Source: Promethearchaeota archaeon (lineage in GTDB: Archaea > Asgardarchaeota > Lokiarchaeia > Sigyniarchaeales > SOKP01). Taken from it: DNA of 20,595 bases. The stretch lies in assembly GCA_018238625.1 (NCBI GenBank), contig JABCSY010000071.1, positions 1 through 20,595 of the forward strand. The letters are read 5' to 3'. The notes beneath the pieces are model-generated. The model was not told the DNA's origin, did no database searches, and saw nothing but the letters and a program-made list of their open reading frames with translations. Position 1 is the stretch's first letter; each line of letters starts with the position of its first letter. The translations under genes were made by a program, and so were the position numbers. This document shows positions 15,367-20,595 of the stretch, piece by piece.

Positions 15367-16836
15367 ATGTCATTTAGAGAAAACACTGTTAAAATTGTAA
15401 GCACTCTTGGTCCCGCATCGAGTTCAAAACAGATGATCAAGCGTTTAGTTGATGCTGGCGTTGATATATTTAGGTTGAATTTTTCTCATGGAACACACGA
15501 AGAAAAGGGTGAACTAGTTGATAGAATTAGAAGCGTAGACGACTATGTAGGCATTATGGCGGATATTCAAGGACCTAAAATAAGGGTTGGTAAATTTAAG
15601 AATGACGAGGCATACATATTAAATGTTGGACAACAAGTAGATGTCTACGAAAGTGAAATCCCGGGAGGCGGAGACCAAACTCAATTTTCCATCCCCTTAG
15701 TAGGATTTTTGAAATCAATGAAAAAAGGAGATGTGTTCTATGTTAACGACGGGATTATTAAAATTCAAGTTAAAAGTAAAGAAAAGAATAATTTGATAGG
15801 AGAAGTAATTGCTGGTGGACTAATAAGCAATAATAAAGGAGTAAATATCCCCAGTGGAGAATTAAAACAATCAGTTCCCACAGAGAAAGATATTAAGGAC
15901 CTTGAATATATTGCTGATCTAAACCCCGAATTCGTAGCAATATCATTTGTATCTGGAGGAGACGATGTCCTTACAGTTAAAAAACTCCTTGAAAATTACG
16001 GAAACAATGAAATAAAATTAATTTCAAAAATCGAACGACCTATAGCATTAGATAATTTTGACCAAATTTTAGAAGTTTCCGATGGTATTATGATTGCGAG
16101 AGGTGATTTAGGTGTCGAAATTTCTCCAGATCAAGTACCAATTGTGCAAAAAGAATTAATTTACAAGTGCAATCGAGAAGGAAAACCTGTTATTGTAGCA
16201 ACCCAAATGCTGGAATCAATGATTAACACGCCAGTTCCAACTCGAGCAGAAGCAAACGATATATATAACGCAGTTATTGATGGTACTGACGCTGTAATGC
16301 TTTCTGCTGAAACAGCAGTAGGAAAATATCCCGTAAATTCTGTCGAATTTATGAACAAGATTGCATCAACTGCAAGTTTACACTCGCCATTGAGGTCTCC
16401 AGACGATTACGATTCCGATCGATTAACACACACACAAACTCTTGGACACGCAATACATGCTCTTGCGCAAGAAATGGAAGAATTAAATTTTAGAGGTAAA
16501 ATATTAGTTATTACGAGAGAAGGTTACGGGGCTAAAATGATTTCGAAATTTCGCCCACCCTTACCTATTATCGCAATGACTCCATTTAAAAAAACCGCAA
16601 AAGAATTAAACTTAATTTGGGGCGTACAACCCATCCATATAGAAAAAATTGATTTCTTTAAATTAGATGTTGAGAGTTTAATCGAAGAATCAGTAAAATA
16701 TGGCGTTAAAACAGGCCATATCGACGAAAATGAACACGTAATTATTTTATTAGTCTCGAGAAAGTTCCAAAGACGGGGAAACCTTGTCGGCCTTTACTAT
16801 GTTGGCGAGATTCTTGAACCAGATACCAATCAATAA
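15367..16836 (+). CDS. pyk: Pyruvate kinase (K+-independent-type signature)
   Basis: KIVSTLGPAS, FRLNFSHG, DIQGPKIR, SKIE, MIARGDLGVE, ATQMLESM, PTRAE and DAVMLSAETA. Confidence 0.97.
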   Translation: MSFRENTVKIVSTLGPASSSKQMIKRLVDAGVDIFRLNFSHGTHEEKGELVDRIRSVDDYVGIMADIQGPKIRVGKFKNDEAYILNVGQQVDVYESEIPGGGDQTQFSIPLVGFLKSMKKGDVFYVNDGIIKIQVKSKEKNNLIGEVIAGGLISNNKGVNIPSGELKQSVPTEKDIKDLEYIADLNPEFVAISFVSGGDDVLTVKKLLENYGNNEIKLISKIERPIALDNFDQILEVSDGIMIARGDLGVEISPDQVPIVQKELIYKCNREGKPVIVATQMLESMINTPVPTRAEANDIYNAVIDGTDAVMLSAETAVGKYPVNSVEFMNKIASTASLHSPLRSPDDYDSDRLTHTQTLGHAIHALAQEMEELNFRGKILVITREGYGAKMISKFRPPLPIIAMTPFKKTAKELNLIWGVQPIHIEKIDFFKLDVESLIEESVKYGVKTGHIDENEHVIILLVSRKFQRRGNLVGLYYVGEILEPDTNQ

Positions 16837-17039
16837 TATTAGCTTAAAAGGCATTTAATATTGATTTTTCATTTTTCCCAGTTTCTCTAAATTATGTAAT
16901 TCCTACATGCAAACTTATTAATTTATTATGATTAATTTTAAATTTGATGAATGTGAATAATATAGTAATTTTAGATTAATTTTCAATAAAACATACAAGA
17001 AATTTTAAAAATTTATATTAAGATTGAGGTAGAAAAAAT

Positions 17040-17489
17040 ATGGGAGAAAGTGAATGGCAACACGCCTCGTGGGTATCAACTTTAGGAAAATGGGCTTGGG
17101 TAATCGGCATTATAAACGGTCTCTTTGGAATATTATGGGCTATTTATCAATTTATCGTGTTAACAGCTTTTTGGGCATGGCTTCCAGGAGGATATGTACC
17201 TACAACAGAGATATGGAATATAATTGTAAGTATAATTGGAATAGTCATATCGTTTCTAGTTATAAAACCTAAATTCTCGAAACCATGTGGAGAAAAAGAT
17301 TGGGACGCATTGTACGGTTGGGTATTAAATTTAGGTGGTTTTAATATTCCATGGATGTTGATTTGGGGAATTCTTTTACTCTATTTTGGATGGTGGAGTT
17401 GGGGCGCATATGCAGTTTTAATTCCAGCTATCGTGCTATTATTTGCAGGTCCAAAGGAATTTAATTGGTCTTCGGAAGAAAAAAAGTAG
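17040..17489 (+). CDS. Hypothetical Trp/Gly-rich membrane protein (~4 TM)
   Basis: Hydrophobic segments, a GAGGT RBS at 17026-17030 and a T13 tract at 17512-17524. Confidence 0.8.
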   Translation: MGESEWQHASWVSTLGKWAWVIGIINGLFGILWAIYQFIVLTAFWAWLPGGYVPTTEIWNIIVSIIGIVISFLVIKPKFSKPCGEKDWDALYGWVLNLGGFNIPWMLIWGILLLYFGWWSWGAYAVLIPAIVLLFAGPKEFNWSSEEKK

Positions 17490-17502
17490 AAAAATAGAAT
17501 CC

Positions 17503-17524
17503 AAAAAATTCTTTTTTTTTTTTT
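17503..17524. terminator. A6/T13 tracts between convergent genes (possible bidirectional terminator)
   Basis: Located between stop codons at 17489 (+) and 17548 (-). Confidence 0.5.
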
Positions 17525-17547
17525 GTTATTTTATGCTTAGATAAAAA

Positions 17548-18435
17548 TTATGTATTAATGTTTAACTTTTTTGAGAGTTCTTTATATCTGGAGCGAAGTG
17601 TGACTTCAGTTACTCCTACTTGATCGGCAATTTCTTTCTGTGTTAATTCTAAACCCTTTATCTTACTTGCTAAGTATAATGCCCCAGCTACTATTCCTTT
17701 TGGGTCTTTTCCACTGGTGGAAAAATTGGAAGAAAAAGTATTTACAATTTTAATAGTAGTTCTCTCAATTTCTTGATTTAAATTTAATTTAGCCACATAT
17801 TTCGGAATTAACGTGCTAGGTTCAGTATTTGGTGCTTTTATATTTAATTCCTTGATTAAGACTCGATAACATCTTCTGATATCCTTCGCGTTTTCTGACG
17901 ATTCCTCTAAGATCTCTCGAAATGTTCGAGGTATTCTTTTTAATCTAATTGCAAGATAAATGCTTGCAGCTACCATTGAATTAATAGATCTTCCCCGAAG
18001 TAACTTCCTCTTAAACGCTTCTTTATACAAACGGATCGCTTCGACCTTCACGTGATTAGGAAGGTTTAAATTACTGCAAATTCTTTTTAATTCCGTCGTT
18101 GCGATAAGAATATTCCTTTTCTCCCATGTCATTCGCGTATTCCATTTTACAGCTCTTTTTAAGTCTGGGTCCTTGATGTTCTTTTTGTTAATTACAGTCG
18201 TCAAGCCGATGTCTGGAAGTAAATTAGATATAGGGGCGCCTGTATGCTCCCTTAATTGCTTTTCTTGGGAAGTATAGGCTCTTTTATCGCTATGGGATAA
18301 ATCGACGCTTCTTTCGGTTACTACTAGTCCACACTGAGAACAAACAGTTTCTCCTTTTTGATTAATTAAAACTATACTACCTCCACATTCAGGACATAAA
18401 TTTGAAATTAAATTTAGATTTGAAACAACATTCAT
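17548..18435 (-). CDS. tfb: Transcription initiation factor IIB (TFB)
   Basis: Zn ribbon CPECGG...VCSQCGLV, HTGAP, and two cyclin repeats (LLRGRSINSMVAASIY; GKDPKGIVAGALY; LTQKEIADQVGVTEVTLRSRYKEL). GGAGGT RBS lies within the clpB 3' end. Confidence 0.96.
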   Translation of the reverse strand: MNVVSNLNLISNLCPECGGSIVLINQKGETVCSQCGLVVTERSVDLSHSDKRAYTSQEKQLREHTGAPISNLLPDIGLTTVINKKNIKDPDLKRAVKWNTRMTWEKRNILIATTELKRICSNLNLPNHVKVEAIRLYKEAFKRKLLRGRSINSMVAASIYLAIRLKRIPRTFREILEESSENAKDIRRCYRVLIKELNIKAPNTEPSTLIPKYVAKLNLNQEIERTTIKIVNTFSSNFSTSGKDPKGIVAGALYLASKIKGLELTQKEIADQVGVTEVTLRSRYKELSKKLNINT

Positions 18436-18439
18436 TCTA

Positions 18440-20593
18440 TCAACCTCCTAAACTATTTATACTACCAATTTTTTTAAAAACAAGTTTATCCTGTTTATTT
18501 GTATCAACTTCAATCAGATCCTCATCAACGAATTCGTTTTCGAGGATTTTAAGTGATAATGGATTTTGTATAAAATTTTGAATTGCTCTTTTTAATGGTC
18601 TTGCTCCGTAGTCAGGATCAAATCCTTTTTTGGCGAGAAATTCTTTTGCTTCTTCCGTCAATTCTATTTTAATTTTACGTTCAGCGAGAATTTTATTTAA
18701 ATTTCTTATTTGAATTTCCACGATACCTTTTATTTGCTCTTCTTTTAAAAAATTAAATATAATTATCTCATCAACTCGATTAAGAAATTCTGGTCTGAAA
18801 TAATCTTTAAGAGTATTTAATATTAGTTCCCGAATCTTTTCCTGGTCTTCAGTTCTAGATTCCATTATATACTGACTTCCAATATTACTAGTCATTATTA
18901 TAATCGAATTTTTAAAATCTACAGTTCTTCCATGACCATCTGTTAAACGCCCGTCATCCATTATTTGTAAAAGAATATTAAAAACATCAGGATGGCCTTT
19001 CTCAATTTCATCGAATAATATTACCGAATAGGGTCTTCTTCTCACGGCTTCTGTTAAATACCCTCCTTCCTCATATCCTACATATCCAGGAGGCGCACCA
19101 ATTAATCTGGCTACACTATGCTTTTCCATGAACTCTGACATATCAATCCTTAATATAGCGTTTTCGTCATCAAAAAGAAATTCTGCTAAAGCTTTTGCAG
19201 TTTCGGTTTTTCCTACTCCAGTAGGTCCCATGAAGATAAATGAACCAATTGGCCTATTCGGGTCTTGAATTCCCGCTCTAGCTCTTCTAATCGCATTTGA
19301 AATCTCAACTAAAGCTTCATCTTGTCCTATAACTCTCTCTTTTAACCGAGCTTCCATTTTTAAAAGCTTCTCGCGTTCGCCTTCCATCATCCTAGAAACG
19401 GGAACACCAGTCCATTGAGAAACGATTTCAGCGATATCTTCTTTATCAACCTCTTGTTTTAGCATTGTTTTGTTTTTTTGAATGTCAGTTAATTCTAAAT
19501 CGTATTTTTCTAATTCCTTTCTTAGCTCGTTGAGAACACCATAAGTTAATTCTGCTGCTTTCCCTAAATCACCACGCTTTTCAGCTTTCTCAGACTCGTA
19601 TTTTGTATTTTCCATTCTCTTTTTAGTTTCATTAATCTTTGCAATTATTTCTTTTTCGTTATTCCACTGCATTTTCATTTGATTACTTTCTTCTCGTAAA
19701 TTGTGTAATTCTTCGTCAATCTTCTTCATTTTTTCTTTGCAAGATTTATCACTTTCTTTCTTTAATGCTTCTTTTTGAATTTCTAATTGTATCATTTTTC
19801 GTTCTATTTCATCTATCTCAGTTGGCATGCTGTCTATTTCTATTCGTAATTTTGAAGCAGCTTCATCCATCAGATCAATTGCTTTATCTGGTAGAAACCT
19901 ATCTGAAATATATCTATGAGATAATGTCACAGCTGCGATAATGGCAGAATCTGTGATCCTAACTCCGTGATGAATCTCATATTTTTCTTTTAACCCTCTT
20001 AAAATCGCAATAGAATCTTCAACACTTGGTTCAGCTACATATACAATCTGAAATCTACGAGTTAATGCCGCGTCTTTTTCAATGTATTTTCGATATTCAT
20101 CTAAAGTAGTCGCTCCAATAGATCTTAATTCTCCTCTTGCCAAAGCAGGTTTTAGCATATTAGATGCGTCTATAGATCCTTGAGCTGCTCCCGCACCAAC
20201 TAATGTGTGAAGCTCGTCTATGAATAAAATATATTTCCCAGCACCCCTTTCCACTTCTTTTAAAAATGCCTTTACCCTATCTTCAAATTCACCGCGATAT
20301 TTGGCTCCAGCAATGAGTGCGGCAAGATCTAAGGATATTATCTCTTTATTTTTTAAAGAACTTGGAACATCATTACTCGCAATGCGTTGTGCCAGCCCTT
20401 CTACTATAGCAGTCTTTCCAACTCCTGCTTCTCCAATTAAAACTGGATTATTTTTTGTTCTTCTTGAAAGGATATGCATTACTCTTCTAATTTCATCATC
20501 TCTTCCAATTACAGGATCGATTTTTCCCCTTCTTGCGAGTTCTGTTAGGTTTCTACTATATTTTTCGATTGCCTGATATTTACCTTCTGGATC
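18440..20593 (-). CDS. clpB: ClpB/Hsp104 AAA+ disaggregase (5'-truncated by window edge)
   Basis: Frame is open to the edge ([37 protein letters not shown]). Two Walker A motifs ([16 protein letters not shown]), a long coiled-coil M domain, [12 protein letters not shown] and GARPLKR. Confidence 0.96.
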   Translation of the reverse strand, partial: DPEGKYQAIEKYSRNLTELARRGKIDPVIGRDDEIRRVMHILSRRTKNNPVLIGEAGVGKTAIVEGLAQRIASNDVPSSLKNKEIISLDLAALIAGAKYRGEFEDRVKAFLKEVERGAGKYILFIDELHTLVGAGAAQGSIDASNMLKPALARGELRSIGATTLDEYRKYIEKDAALTRRFQIVYVAEPSVEDSIAILRGLKEKYEIHHGVRITDSAIIAAVTLSHRYISDRFLPDKAIDLMDEAASKLRIEIDSMPTEIDEIERKMIQLEIQKEALKKESDKSCKEKMKKIDEELHNLREESNQMKMQWNNEKEIIAKINETKKRMENTKYESEKAEKRGDLGKAAELTYGVLNELRKELEKYDLELTDIQKNKTMLKQEVDKEDIAEIVSQWTGVPVSRMMEGEREKLLKMEARLKERVIGQDEALVEISNAIRRARAGIQDPNRPIGSFIFMGPTGVGKTETAKALAEFLFDDENAILRIDMSEFMEKHSVARLIGAPPGYVGYEEGGYLTEAVRRRPYSVILFDEIEKGHPDVFNILLQIMDDGRLTDGHGRTVDFKNSIIIMTSNIGSQYIMESRTEDQEKIRELILNTLKDYFRPEFLNRVDEIIIFNFLKEEQIKGIVEIQIRNLNKILAERKIKIELTEEAKEFLAKKGFDPDYGARPLKRAIQNFIQNPLSLKILENEFVDEDLIEVDTNKQDKLVFKKIGSINSLGG

Positions 20594-20595
20594 TT

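Noticed and set aside
16161-17272. ORFs 16161-16358 (-) and 17054-17272 (+)
   Set aside because: One is antisense to pyk and the other is an alternative frame inside the membrane-protein gene. Neither has independent signals.
19639-20576. ORFs 19639-19941 (+) and 20220-20576 (+)
   Set aside because: Antisense shadows of clpB.
1-20595. CRISPR arrays, IS elements, integrases, rRNA and tRNA genes
   Set aside because: No regularly spaced repeats, transposase or integrase ORFs, or recognisable rRNA/tRNA signatures were seen by eye.

Overview
AT-rich chromosomal fragment of an Asgard archaeon, most likely Lokiarchaeia/Promethearchaeota. The evidence is a highly eukaryote-like actin (Lokiactin type), a Loki-type profilin domain, a Loki-CTERM-like anchor, TFB, archaeal GAGGTGA RBSs, TATA boxes and oligo-T terminators. 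The main finding is the gene directly downstream of actin: it encodes an apparent fusion of an N-terminal Asgard profilin domain to a TrmB-type winged-HTH transcription-factor domain, and the actin promoter carries three palindromes. Together these suggest a candidate actin-monomer-sensing transcriptional feedback circuit (hypothesis). The rest of the window holds a partial HD hydrolase, a DUF3795 protein, an alpha/alpha-toroid protein, an ICMT-family methyltransferase, an Isf-like flavoprotein lacking a canonical start codon, a surface-anchored C25/gingipain-like protease, an ArsR module with an unannotated Cys/His microprotein, a beta-CASP RNase, AOR, pyruvate kinase and a clpB-tfb pair. It also contains a candidate ~140-nt structured ncRNA, a candidate structured leader and further microproteins missed by the ORF track. 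No rRNA, tRNA, CRISPR array or transposase was seen. All family calls come from motif recognition by eye, not database searches.
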